Origin: Podarcis erhardii
Taxonomy: Eukaryota
DNA length: 64,000 bases
NCBI GenBank assembly: GCA_964252035.1
Contig: OZ176206.1
Direction: 5' to 3' (one strand)
The position numbers were made by a program, and so were the translations under genes. The notes beneath the pieces are model-generated. The model was not told the origin of the DNA. It was given only the letters and a program-made list of their open reading frames with translations, and made no database searches. The first letter of the stretch is position 1, and each line of letters begins with the position of its first letter. This document shows, one piece after another, positions 50,497 through 62,933 of this stretch.

Positions 50497-51389
50497 CTGC
50501 CAAAGGGAGAAACACCCAGAGACAAAGAGGAGAGAGCCGTGAGCCTATAGAGGAGTAACAGGAGTAGCCATGATCAGGGTGAGCTCAACTAAGCCGGCAA
50601 ATTAGGCAACCTTCCTAGAATTAGACGCTACCAGTGCCTACTAGCCACCATGCCCCTGTGCAACCTCCAGCATGGGAGGCACTGTGCCTCAGCATGCCAG
50701 TTGCCAGAATACCAACCTGGTGCCCTCCAGGTATTTTGGGCATGCTGGCTGGGGCTGATAGGGGTTGTAGTCCAATGCATCTGGGGGAGGCTGGCCTAAC
50801 ATAGCAAGACGAAGCAAATGCCTCACACGGGTTTGTTTGCAACAGGACCATGAAGGTCAGAGATTACGCCAGGAGTGATAATCTCAGAGGTTCGTGTTTA
50901 TGGAAAGATAAGCAATGATCCAGGGTGATCCAGCAACATCATCATTTCATGGCCTCTGCAAACACTTACATGTCCTTTCAAATCCATGGAGCTGAAAGCA
51001 CACCAGAGAGGGTTAGGAAAGGACAGTTCAGTCTCTCATGCCAGATTTCTAAATCAGTTTGCTGTTTCATTTTACTTTTTACTCACAAATTATCAGCATT
51101 TTAGTGTGCATCTCTTCTAACATAGACATTTATGCAAGCAATATTCCCTAATAAAGAGCGTTTTTGTCTGTTATATTCAGTAGCATATTGGAGAAACTCA
51201 GCCAGATGGGTGGGGTATAAATAATAAATTGTTATAAATTATTATAATACATTTCCTTCACCCTGCATGCACACACACGTGGAGAAGCTCATTGCTAAAT
51301 TAAAAGATGTGCAAGTTTTGAAGCGGAAATGTAGTTTTGCAGGACAGGAACCCAACCAACTGTTTTAGATTTTATTATTATTATTATTT

Positions 51390-52221
51390 CATTGCCTACA
51401 GACAGCCCCCCAATCTTAAACAACTCCTAACCCACAATAATACTATAACCAGACTTAACACGGACACTGGCACCAGAGCCTGCAATAAACCCAGATGCCA
51501 ACTTTGCTGCCACATACACCCGGACAACACCATTACTGGCCCCAACAACATCACACATACCATCTCGGGACTATTTAATTGCTCATCGTCTAACATTGCG
51601 TATGCCATCAAATGCCAACAGTGTCCTTCAGCTCTCTATATTGGACAAACAGGCCAAACCTTACGCCAAAGAATAAACGGACATAAATCCGACATCAGGA
51701 ACCACAAGACAGAGAAACCAGTAGGAGAACACTTCAATCTCCCAGGACATTCTATACAAGATCTCAAAGTAGCTGTTCTATTACAAAGGAATTTCAGAAA
51801 TAGACTGGAAAGAGAAGCTGCTGAATTGCAACTTATCACCAAGCTTAAAACTATGGAGAGACCTGGTTTGAACAAAGACATTGGATTCTTATCTCATTAT
51901 ACATGACAAAGCCATTTTTCACCTTCTCACCCCTTGCTTTTTCCTGTTAGACCTATTGCAGTCGTTAAGAGTCATCAACAGGCTCATCGCAGCTATCTGC
52001 CAATCACCCATTCCCACCACCCTTCTGAGTAATACCCCTCCCCACCTTCTCACTATATAGAAAGGTCTGGTGACTTCTGTTTCAGTGTATCTGAAGAAGT
52101 GTGCATGCACACGAAAGCTCATACCTAGAACTAACTCAGTTGGTCTTTAAGGTGCTACTGGAAGGAATTTTTTTATTTTGTTTTGACCATGGCAGACCAA
52201 CATGGCTACCTATCTGTAACT
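51390..52221 (+). mobile_element. Penelope-like element, 5'-truncated: GIY-YIG endonuclease ORF end plus 3' pseudo-LTR
   Basis: CNKPRCQLC, YAIKCQQC and LYIGQTGQTLRQRINGH motifs, uninterrupted to the stop at 51906; (ATT)n on both flanks. Confidence 0.93.
52087..52124 (+). ncRNA. Minimal type I hammerhead ribozyme within the Penelope 3' end
   Basis: GTAT-CTGAAGA-A-GTGTG(CATG)CACAC-GAA-AGCT-C-ATAC: conserved core, stem II, palindromic stem III, and stem I (GTAT/ATAC). Confidence 0.8.
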
Positions 52222-53749
52222 ATTATTATTACTGTTATTGAATTTATACCCCACCTTTCTAGAAAAATATACAAGGTATCTTACATACACAACTGACACA
52301 GTAAAGAATAAGGTCAACGTACTACCTGAAAATGAAACAAAATGCAACCTAATATTGAAAAAAAAAACAAAGTAAGATGCAAAACTAACAGCAAAACAAA
52401 CAAGCAGCAGTTTCAAAAGTAGATCACTCAATGGAAGATGGGAAGCCACATCCCTAGACAGGCTAGATACCAGCAAGGCAAGCAGAAACTATCACACTAA
52501 TTCAGAAATGTTGCACATCCAGACCGCAGTCCCAAGTCCTCCGAATGATGTGGGATTGCCATTGTCCTGCTTGTTGGCTTTTCAGAGAAATTTGGTGATT
52601 GTCAGAACAAAACCCTGGACTAGATGGATTTTTTACCTGACACAGCAAGGTTTTTCTGACATTGTCAAAACACATGCAAGAGCCAGGCACTGCATGGAGA
52701 AAGGATTTTGCTCGCTTAAGAAGCAGCTATAATGGAAGACACAGGTGATAAGTGAACGAAAGAGCTTGTGAATGCTATCAACATCTCAAGTAGGGAGAGC
52801 CTCAGAGAACCCGACCACTGATGCTAGCCCAGACATAAACTCAGCTGTCTTCTCTTGGTCCCAGCAGCAAAGCAGAAGTCCAAGTTTAAAATGGGGGAGA
52901 AATGAGGCAAACAGCGCGCAAACCGAAAAACAGATCTCTTTCAAAAATTTGCACTCCTCCGAATTCTGTGATGCAGTACTCTAACCAAGGCAATGCATAT
53001 GAAAATGCATTGTATTAGGAAGAACTGCTTGCAAAAATGAATGTATTAGGAGAAACGTGTGCTAAAATGTTAAGAAATCACAAACCTGAGCAGAAACGTA
53101 GAAAACCGAACTTAAGATTGGAAAAAGGAGAAACAGAGGGGAACTGGCATTGACAAAATAATTCATCCCTAAGTCACAGCATATTTTGGAGTGTTAAAAT
53201 CCATTAGTTGCACCAGGCACTTAAGTAAAGATACTATAATAAGTTTGCGTTTAATAAGCTGTAGAAATAGAGTCAAGTACCAAATAGTTCTTTCCCCACC
53301 ACAATGCGAGACTCGGCTTGCAGCAGCCCCAAATCATACTGAAAATTCAGGGCTTGCTTTCTGCCAGTGATCACCAAAGAGAGTCCGTGAGTGTTGAACT
53401 AGGACTGGGAAAACTCAGGTTCCAAGACCATGCTCACCCTTGAAGGTTACTGCATAACCCTGAGTCACTCTCTCCCTTACCTCAACCTCCCTCACAGGGT
53501 TGTTGTTGTGAAGATAAAATGCAGAGCAGGGAGCCATGTACAATGCTCTGTTTTCCTTGGGGGGAAGTGGGACATAAATGAAACTAATAAATAAAGTTCA
53601 TTTCCAGAATCTTGCTCCAGTTCCCTTTTTTTTTTTTTTTCAATTCTGTAATGTAGGAATCAAAACTGTTTTCTTGTCCCACCCCCCACAAAAGAGAAGA
53701 GTACTGCGTGTATTTGCAGAAACCACTAGAGAATCATCTGCACATCAGG

Positions 53750-54155
53750 AATTGGGGAGAAATCCTGTTCAATTCAAGTGTGAGTGCAAATCAACCTGAT
53801 TCCCACTTGCAAAAACAGTAAGTGAACCAAAACACAGCATTGCTCCCAAATTCATGCTCCTCTGAATGTTGTGATGCAAGTGCTCCATAAATAAAGTGAG
53901 GTGGGGAATGTGCATTTGAGGAAGAAGCGTGCAAAATAATCCACATATTAGGGAAAACAACATGCAAAAATGCATAATATTTAGGAAATTTGTTTGCAAA
54001 AATGTATCAGGCACAATTGCATACAAAAATATGCTGAAAATTTTTCACGAAGACTTTTAAAAAAATGTATGTGCAAATTGCTGCAGAAATGGGGTGTCCT
54101 GAACTTATGAGTGGAAAAACGAGAAACTGAAATTAATAGATTTCCCCATCCCTAT
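53750..54155. repeat. Old dispersed AT-rich repeat family, possibly a DNA transposon; other copies at about 1395-2235 (split by CR1), 13290-13470, 20160-20600, 52790-53172 and 63680-64000
   Basis: Recurrent gcagaaatgtggagaactgaa...gaaaaatgagaaact...ccatccct motif; class not established. Confidence 0.55.
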
Positions 54156-54363
54156 CCACATACCATGGCTGGGAGGGGAGCCTTGCAAAGCAAAAGAAGG
54201 CAGTACTAGGTAGATTAGAAGTAAAATAAACTATTAAAAATGCAATGAGGCTTGCTTCCAAATCCACTTGGCTAGGACCAGACCCTCAAAGCCTCCACCC
54301 ACCTATCTATTCCAGCAGCCTGTCACTCTGCAAGAGATCTGATGTCTTTCCTTTGGCACTTAC

Positions 54364-54552
54364 CAGCTCCACAAGGACAGCCGGGGTGACTCCTCCAGCC
54401 TTATTGAATGCCCAGGGGAAATTCAAGAGCCCTGCTCCAAGGGCAGATTTCAGCATGATAAAGACAGCCCCAGCGGAGGAGAGATTGGGGCTACCTGACT
54501 CCAGAGTAGGCTTGGCTAACAGAGTGATGCTCTCTCTAGCCAACTCCTCCAT
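54364..54552 (-). CDS. SLC38A8: SLC38A8 first coding exon (MEELARES...[35 protein letters not shown])
   Basis: ATG at 54552 preceded by acceptor ctccttctctttcag|AT; CTG|gtaagt donor; 189 bp; [11 protein letters not shown] signature. Confidence 0.95.
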
Positions 54553-55253
54553 ATCTGAAAGAGAAGGAGGACCAGGGAGTGGTGGAGTTAGTCTCTTAAA
54601 GCTGGGCAAATCCAAGCTGACTTGAAACAGGTAACAGATTCCTCCGCCGATCTTTGGTGGGATCAATCCATTTATTTTTATTTTTTGCTTTGTAAAAGGA
54701 CTAAATTTCAGAAGCATTAAGACGAAGTGAGGAATAGAGTGCAAGTTTCTTGCCCTCCCCACCCCCCAGTCTTGGACTGAAGGAATGGCATGCATTGTAT
54801 ATCCATGTTAAAAATGAGCCAAGCTGTGCTCAGGGCTACATTTTCTTCCAGTGGCTGCTTAATGGAATTAGCAGGGCACCAAGAAAGTAGCAACGATGCT
54901 TGAGATTCTGCAGGGAGATGTTTTGCAAACAGAGTCCAACATAAGAAGTTGAAGGAGCAAGGAAGACTGGGACAGACATGTGCAACAGAGGAATGCAATG
55001 CCCTTGATTCACTGTGCAATTGTAAGCATAGCTCGCAAATGCTCAGGGACACCTCCAGTTACAAACAAATTGTGTAGCTAGTCTTTCATGAGGTTTACAA
55101 TGTAACTGTTATAGGTACAGCCAGGTTTCCATTCCCCCCCCCTTTTACAACCAAAAGGCTTTTGTCAATTAATAGCCACACCCTCAAGGGGAATCCAGAA
55201 ATGCAGGCAGCTGCATCAGTCCATTATTTATATACATGCCCAGAGTAGCACTA

Positions 55254-55484
55254 CAGTGGTACCTCAGGTTAAGAACTTAATTCGTTCCAGAGGTCCATTC
55301 TTAACCTGAAACTGTTCTTAACCTGAGGTACCACTTTAGCTAATGGGGCCTCCTGCTGCCGCCGCGCGATTTCTATTCTTATCCTGAAGCAAAGTTCTTA
55401 ACCCGAGGTACTATTTCTGGGTTAGCGGAGTCTGTAACCTGAAGCGTCTGTAACCTGAAGCGTCTGTAACCCAAGGTACCACTG
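55254..55484 (-). mobile_element. Same MITE family, copy E (reverse orientation)
   Basis: TIRs, TA TSD, internal sequence is the reverse complement of copies A-D. Confidence 0.92.
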
Positions 55485-55488
55485 TATA

Positions 55489-55863
55489 GGTAAAGGACCA
55501 CTGAACGGTTAAGTCCTGTCAAAGGCAATGATGGGGTTGTGGTGCTCAACTCGCTTTCAGGCCGAGGGAGCTGGCATTTGTCCACAGACAGCTTTCCAGG
55601 TCATGTGGCCAGCATGACTAAACCACTTCTGGTGCAACGGGACACCATGACAGAAGCCAGAGCGCACAGAAACGCCATTTACCTTCCCGCCACAGCGGTA
55701 CCCATTTATCTACTTGCAGTAGCATGCTTTCAAACTGCTAGGTTGGCAGAAGGTGGGAGAGAGCAACAGGAGCTCACTCCGTCACAGGGATTTGAACCGC
55801 CGGCCTTCCGATCGGCAAGCCCAAGAGGCTCAGTGGTTTAGACCACAGTGCCACCCGCGTCCC
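55489..55863 (-). mobile_element. Sauria SINE, variant subfamily
   Basis: Head and body collinear with the other copies, different 3' region; TSD CACTATA. Confidence 0.9.
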
Positions 55864-56338
55864 TTACACTATACAGCACTAAACAGCATGATGACCAAAT
55901 AATCAGAATTCCCTAACCTGCCAATAAGCAGTCCATGTGGGCCACTTGCAATCAGGGGCGGCCTGTCATATTTTTCCACCTTCTGTCCCCTGCTGCCACC
56001 ACACTATTTCTGCCACCATTGGAACTCACCCCTCCTTTTACCAAGTTTCTGTGAGGGGGTGTTCCACAAGGCCTTGGAGCTTGTCCTTTCTGTCCCAGGG
56101 TCAAGTGTGGCAATGCTGCATGCTAGAATGCCCCCCCCCTCGCCAAAACTTTGTGAGACAGGAGTGTTCCACTGCTGGCAAAAGTGGTGGGATGGACAGG
56201 GTGTATAAACCAACAAATGCATATATCAAAACTGGCATAAAAGAAAAATAAAGAAAAATCTAAAAGGCAATCCTATTTTTAAAAGGCAGGATTAAAACAT
56301 CCTACCCACTCAAAGAGGCCACAGATAATTAAGATAAT

Positions 56339-56884
56339 TACGTGGGGCTACCTTTGAAGGTGACCCGGAAACTGCAATTAATCCAGAATGCGGCAGCTAG
56401 ACTGGTGACTGGGAGTGGCCGCCGGGACCACATAACACCGGTTCTGAGAGATCTGCATTGGCTCCCAGTACGTTTCCAAGCACAATTCAAAGTGTTGGTG
56501 CTGACCTTTAAAGCCCTAAACGGCCTCGGTCCTGTATACCTGAAGGAGCGTCTCCACCCCCATCGTTCAGCCCGGACACTGAGATCCAGCGCCGAAGGCC
56601 TTCTGGCGGTTCCCTCATTGCGAGAAGTAAAGTTACAGGGAACCAGACAGAGGGCCTTCTCGGTAGTGGCGCCCGCCCTGTGGAACGCCCTCCCATCAGA
56701 TGTCAAAGCGATAAACAACTACCTGACGTTCAGAAGACATCTTAAGGCAGCCCTGTTCAGGGATGTTTTTAATATGTAATGCTGTATTGTTTTTAATACT
56801 GATTGGGAGCCGCCCAGGGTGGCTGGGGAAACTCAGCCAGATGGGCGGGGTATAAATAATAAATTATTATTATTATTATTATTA
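56339..56884 (+). mobile_element. L2 LINE 3' fragment, same family as 40548-42865
   Basis: Collinear and highly similar to 42317-42865; ORF2 C-terminus (RDHITPVL..LHWLP), 3' hairpin, (TTA)n tail. Confidence 0.95.
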
Positions 56885-57466
56885 TAAGAGCTAAAGGCCT
56901 GGCAAAAAGAAAGAAAGAAAGAAAGGTTTTAGCCCGGCAGTAATGATGATGCCAGGCGAGCTCCCCAGGGTATTCCGTAAGTGTAGAGCCACCACTAAAA
57001 AGGACAGTTGTTGTGTTGCCACCCTCTGGACCTTCTAGAAATAAAATGCTGCAGTTTAAAAAAGGACTTACATGTGGTTAAGTTCCACTGAGTGAAGGAA
57101 TAATTCATATAACCCAGCAAATTATTAACAGAATGCTAAACTGTCGCTCCCAAATGAGAGAGGATGACAAGTTTATATTCAACTGTGAAATGAAGCCAAG
57201 ACAGCATCCTAGCCCCACTTACCTGGGAGTAAGTCCCACTAAATTCAGTGATATTTACTTTTGAGTAGACATGGCTAAGATTGCAACCCTAGATGGTTTT
57301 GTGATGGGCAATTATCCACTTCATTAACTTTGCCTTTAAGACTTGTCTTTGCTGCAAAGGATGAACCCCTCAGAACATTCATTCATTTTGGAAGGGAACA
57401 CAGAGGGAAGGAAACTGATTTGCAAATTTCGGTTGATGGCTAAGATGTGTGTTTTTACTAAGATAC

Positions 57467-57736
57467 AGCTCCCGTTGCTCGGTCCCTGCTCCTGCCAACC
57501 TAGCAGTTCGAAAGCACGTCAAAGTGCAAGTAGAGAAATAGGTACCGCTCCAGTGGGAAGGTAAACGGCGTTTCCGTGCGCTGCTCTGGTTCGACAGATG
57601 CGGCTTAGTCATGCTGGCCACATGACCCGGAAGCTGTACCCGGAAGCTCCCTCGGCCAATAAAGCGAGATCAGCGCTGCAACCCCAGAGTCGGCCACAGC
57701 TGGACCTAATGGTCAGGGGTCCCTTTACCTTTACCT
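57467..57736 (+). mobile_element. Sauria SINE, 5'-truncated
   Basis: Starts at agctcccgttgctcggtcc and ends in the (ACCTTT)n tail. Confidence 0.9.
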
Positions 57737-59649
57737 TACATAATAAAAAATAACCCACCATATCTTTCTGGAAGACAGACTTAATGCAAAATAAACCAAC
57801 TGCAAGAGAATGGAAAATATAAGACGGAACTGCAAGTGAATGTTGGAAGTGACTGAGGTGCATTTGTACATCCCTGATCTGGGCTGTATCACTTAGGCTA
57901 TGCTACTGCAAGTGGAAGGAGGGCTCACAGGGCACATAGAAAAATAAAATTCTACACAGCTAGAAAACCAACAGATCTGATAAATGGCTAGGCCAAAACT
58001 CTTTGTCCCTGTTGTACAAATGAAAAGGGATTATTTCATTCCACCACTCTATGCTTCCTCGTAAAGCAGATATTGCCATGATTTCCACATCCTCCCTACT
58101 CAAATATTTATTTCATTTATTTAGATGGTTTATTTGCCACTCTTTGCACAAAGCACGGAAGCACTTACAACATGGCAACCATTCAAAGGAATCTTGCAAT
58201 TATGCATAGGGCCCATTGTGTACTATATTACAATAAAAACTAAAGGCTGTATTCAACCAACTTTTACTCTGAGTAGACCCATTAAAATTATTGACCATGA
58301 CAGAAATTAATGGGCCTAAGTTAGTCATGACCATTCATTTCAATGGGCCTACTCAGACACAACTCAAAAGTTTAAACCATACCATAATAAAACAAGGTAA
58401 CAGCTTATATCTCGAAGGAGGAACTGGCAGTAGTTCCATATTAATTTCATCTAGAATAAAAACAAGCATGTTTTTGTCACAACTAAAGCAGCTTCTTCTC
58501 TTGAAGAGCATTTATCAACAGCTCAACCATCTTAATTCATTCTCCTATTTTCCAACCATGTGACCTTTTGATCTTGGTAAGCAGGATAAAGAGACTTTAA
58601 TCAGCTGCTATAAGGAATTATTAATGGCTAATTGTGTCTGTCATCCCAATTATATATATGCAACCTAAGGTGTTCCTGGCCATTTAAAGTGTCCTTTGCA
58701 GCCTTCATCATTGTGAGCTGCCACAAAGGAATGTGGGCATAATTGGCTTGTATGATTTAGAAATTAGTCATTGGGCTGTAAAAGGTGCACTCAGCCAATG
58801 AGAAAGTCTCACCGCGGACTGGCGCACTTTGATACAATTTTGTTCTGGTTTTTCAAAGGCTCTCTGGAACAGCCTCTAATCTTTCATTAGTGACACTGTG
58901 GAAAGATCCATCTGCCAATTAGCAGAGACTTGAAGAGAAGAGGGCGGCTTGCCATTCTCACTCTAAATGAAAATGTATCCTTGTAGTCAGAATCCCAACA
59001 AGGAGAGCAAACCATAACACTCACTTTTTTCCTCCTAGAAAGTAAGGGGAAATGTCTGTGCATGTTATGGAGGGAATGCCTACGGGTGGCATGCCTACGG
59101 ATTTTCCTCCTCTAAAAACTACTTGCGTGTTATGGTCGGGTGCGTGTTATAGAGCGAAAAATACGGGTAGCGCTCACTGGAGAAATCATAGTACTGTGGA
59201 GTTGGAAGGGACCCAAACAATCATCTAATATCAACCTCCTGCAAAACAGCAAACAGCTAAAAATCCATGACACATGGCCACCCAACCTCTGTTTAAAAAC
59301 CTCCAATGAAGGAGAGCCCATCACCTTTCAAGGTTCCACCATTAGAAAATTATTTCCAATATTTAGTCAGGATCTCCTTTCTTGTAATTTGAAGCCATTA
59401 TTTTCTGTCTTACTGTAGGTTTTGTTTCATTTTGAAAAATACCATTTTATTTTATGGTTTATTATTGTTTATATTTTGAATTAGATATATATGGGGGCAC
59501 CAAAATATTTTAAGTGCTTAGGGCCTCTAGAGGTCTTAATCCAGCCCTGCACCCAGGTTCCTGAGAAACCTGTTTGTACATATGATGCCTGCAGAAAACA
59601 GGCTTTGGCTGTACAGCCCATCAGCCAATGGGTGGGTGAAGCCTCAGAC

Positions 59650-59817
59650 CAGTGGCGTAGCGTGGGTTGTCAGCACCCGGGGCAAGGCAAGTAATTTGCA
59701 CCCCCTAACCCGTGGATTTGCGCCCCCTAACCCGTGGATTTGCACCCCTAACCCTAACCCCCAGATGTTGCGCCCGGTGCGGCTGGCCCCCCCTGCACCC
59801 TCCACGCTACGCCACTG
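59650..59817. mobile_element. hAT-type MITE, apparently young
   Basis: Perfect 16-bp TIR CAGTGGCGTAGCGTGG and perfect 8-bp TSD CCTCAGAC. Confidence 0.93.
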
Positions 59818-61775
59818 CCTCAGACACTTTGATTAACTCTTTGCAACCCTCTGCGCCCTGCCAAATATGGTCCCCAAAGGAGATCCAGATCAGGAGATGG
59901 TCCATAGAGCCAATAGAGTTCCCCTTTCCTGCCCTAACACGAAGACCCAGATAGTTTTAACTGTACTATTTGAAAGGCTTTCCAGATCAAGTCCAGTTTA
60001 AAGGTAAAGGATCCTAAGAAGGGAGATGAGGTGGACTCTGAAATTGCCCACAAACAATGAGCACCTGGACAGGGGACTGAGCAAGAACACAGGACACCTG
60101 GTGGTCATAGTTTTCATAACTGTGTTCCCCACCCCAATTTAAATTGTAGCCATTGTTTCTAAAATAGGTATGGATTTAGAAGCAATGGCTAACATTTAAA
60201 ATGAAAAACATACATGAGATTAATATATGCATATTTCATGCAAATCTTTATTTTTTTGCAATGAGCAACTGATTACCTTAAGACCATCCTTATGCTCCCC
60301 TCCCTTCTTAACCTGCTCTTCTCTACATTAAGCCATTCCTCATGGTCAATACTTCCTTCATGGCCATAGCTACTTAAATCCTTTTATGCCTCACCCTTCC
60401 TCCAAGTTGCTCAAGATGGCATACACAGACTGAGTGACCCCAGTTTATTGCATTAGAAAGAGATGGACCATCCCAAGGTTGAACATCACAGTCCACAGAG
60501 GGATTCAAATCCAGGTCTCCCCAGCCCAAGTCCTCGGGGATGGGGAACATGTTGCCCTCCAGGGGTTGTTAGGCTCAAGCTCCCATCAGCCCCAGCAAAC
60601 TTCACCAATGATCAGGGATGATGTTAAACCATAGACCAACAACAGGAGTTCCGATGTTACTGCTCTAGCTGCATTACTGCCTTAGCTTTCCTAACATCAG
60701 ACCAGCGAGCAGTCTTACAAGAAACCTTCCATTATTGCCCTTATTATCAGAGCCAATCCAAATGAATGGATGAAGTTTAGCCATGTTTACAAAGTATTGG
60801 GGGTGGGAGAGATTTTAAAAAGAGCACACTCACACACACGAGTATCATTTCCAACTATGGGCAAATCTTTCAACTATAGAAGATGATATTGGAGAATCCA
60901 GCACAGAGCCTCCTCAGCTTCACTCTTAAGAGAAAGTGCTTTTTTCCCTGCTAGTTATTTATAATTGCACCAAGTAAAAAGTTTGGTATGCAAGATGTCA
61001 GCCTGATTAGAGATTATTTAATCATTTTTTTTCTGCCTTCGTTAAGCTGTTTAACCTCTGCTGTAATCCTGGCTGAGCCAATGACTTGCTGGGTAACCTC
61101 TGGCAGGTCCCTTGACCTTGCCGATCCTTTGTCAACCTAGCTGGAAAATTGGTTAAGCTGCCAACTTCACAGGAAGGAATGGGGGAGGCCAGGAGGGAGG
61201 AGACGACCCTCTCCACAAATCATCACCATGATACACACATCACATTTTCGAATCTTCTGACTATGCAAGATAGTGAGGCAGCAATATGGCTTCAGGATTT
61301 CATTTCATTTTTAAAAGAAGAAGTTTGAGCCTTTCCGCACAGGACAGACACACACTGATAATCATCCTCATCATTTCCATTAATTTATTTGTGAACCACC
61401 TTCCACACATATGTCCCAGGGTGCTTCACAAGACATATCCTTGAAAGCAGTTAAAACAGCTATAAAAACAATACAAGAACAACCGAATATAACTTCAAAA
61501 ACAACACAGAGTGGACATCCAGGCCCAGAGACCTTTTCATCAAGCTAGAAAAGCTTGGGAAACAAAAATGTCTATTTCCAGAAAGATTGGATACTGTCTT
61601 ATTTATTAATTAAAATTTATATACCAGTTGATTTTTTTGAAAAAATAAACCCTCAAAGCTGTCATATCTCAAGATCTAATGGTAGGTATATGGGTGATTT
61701 TCAGTTTTATTAAATTTATATCCCAGCATTACTCTCAAAGGAGTCCAGATCAGCAAATATTTCCAGGTCCCAGAA

Positions 61776-61946
61776 NNNNNNNNNNNNNNNNNNNNNNNNN
61801 NNNNNNNNNNNNNNNNNNNNNNNNNNNNNNNNNNNNNNNNNNNNNNNNNNNNNNNNNNNNNNNNNNNNNNNNNNNNNNNNNNNNNNNNNNNNNNNNNNNN
61901 NNNNNNNNNNNNNNNNNNNNNNNNNNNNNNNNNNNNNNNNNNNNNN
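61776..61946. other. Assembly gap (171 N)
   Basis: N run. Confidence 1.
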
Positions 61947-62933
61947 TGATGGGACATCCAACCAGGTGAGAGAAGGCCCACCCATTTGCTTCTGAATCAA
62001 CAGAGTTCACTCTTTAAGATGCTGCTAAGAGGTACTGTTCTTAGGGCTTGTCCCATGCCTAGAAAACATCTATCTGAGCAGTATTTGCTTGACCCATGCT
62101 TTCTAGGCACAGGTCCCCTTGCCTCACACTCCTTTCCCAGGGAAACCCCACTCTTTAGCACTAAATCAGAGCAAATGTTGATCTGGAGAAGCCCCAAATT
62201 GCTGTTTGCTCCGCCTGAGAGACGTTTTCCCCAGGGAAAAGTGTCAGGAGAAGAAGAAGTGTGGATGAGCTTTCAGCTGAGCAGCTAAGGCCACTACCTT
62301 AAAAAATGGAGCTGGCTTGACTGGTTCAGCAGGTTTTCTCTTACAGAACCAAACCTCATAGATACAGAATCACAGACCTGGAAGGGACCCACAGGTACCA
62401 TACAGCCTGACACCCCTCCCCCAAAATAAAGTATAACAATATGCTCTCACAACGATGAGTTACTTTATTCCGTAGTAAGTGAATGGTTACCATTTATGTC
62501 TATCAAAACACCACACTTCACAAAATCAGAAGCTGCCTTGATGCAAGCCAGACCTCTGATCCATCTAACTCCGTACTGTCTACTCTGCCCTAAAAAACAA
62601 CATCCTTCCAGGAATTCAAAGGGTTACTCTACAAAGAGATGCCTGGGAACTAAGGGAGAGAAGATTGTCACATGCCTTCTGCACCCCTTACCCTAGAGCT
62701 ACACCACACCCACAAGGGTCTTGAAGCATACATGTCCCTTCCTTTCTCCACCCCTTAACCACCATGGACATTTTGCTTAGCTTGTAATGAAAGTATGAAA
62801 CACAACCCTATTCCACCACATCCCTACGAGACAGAAGGTATCTACAACATAATTACAAAATAAATATTTTGAAAGGGATTCACCAAGGAGGAGGATTCCC
62901 GTCCCAAGAGTCAATCTTCCTCATTCTTTCTCT

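Noticed and set aside
57205-57290. U1 snRNA-like ACTTACCTG or an SLC38A8 exon 1 donor
   Set aside because: Part of a small hairpin repeat that also occurs at about 27060, so not locus-specific.
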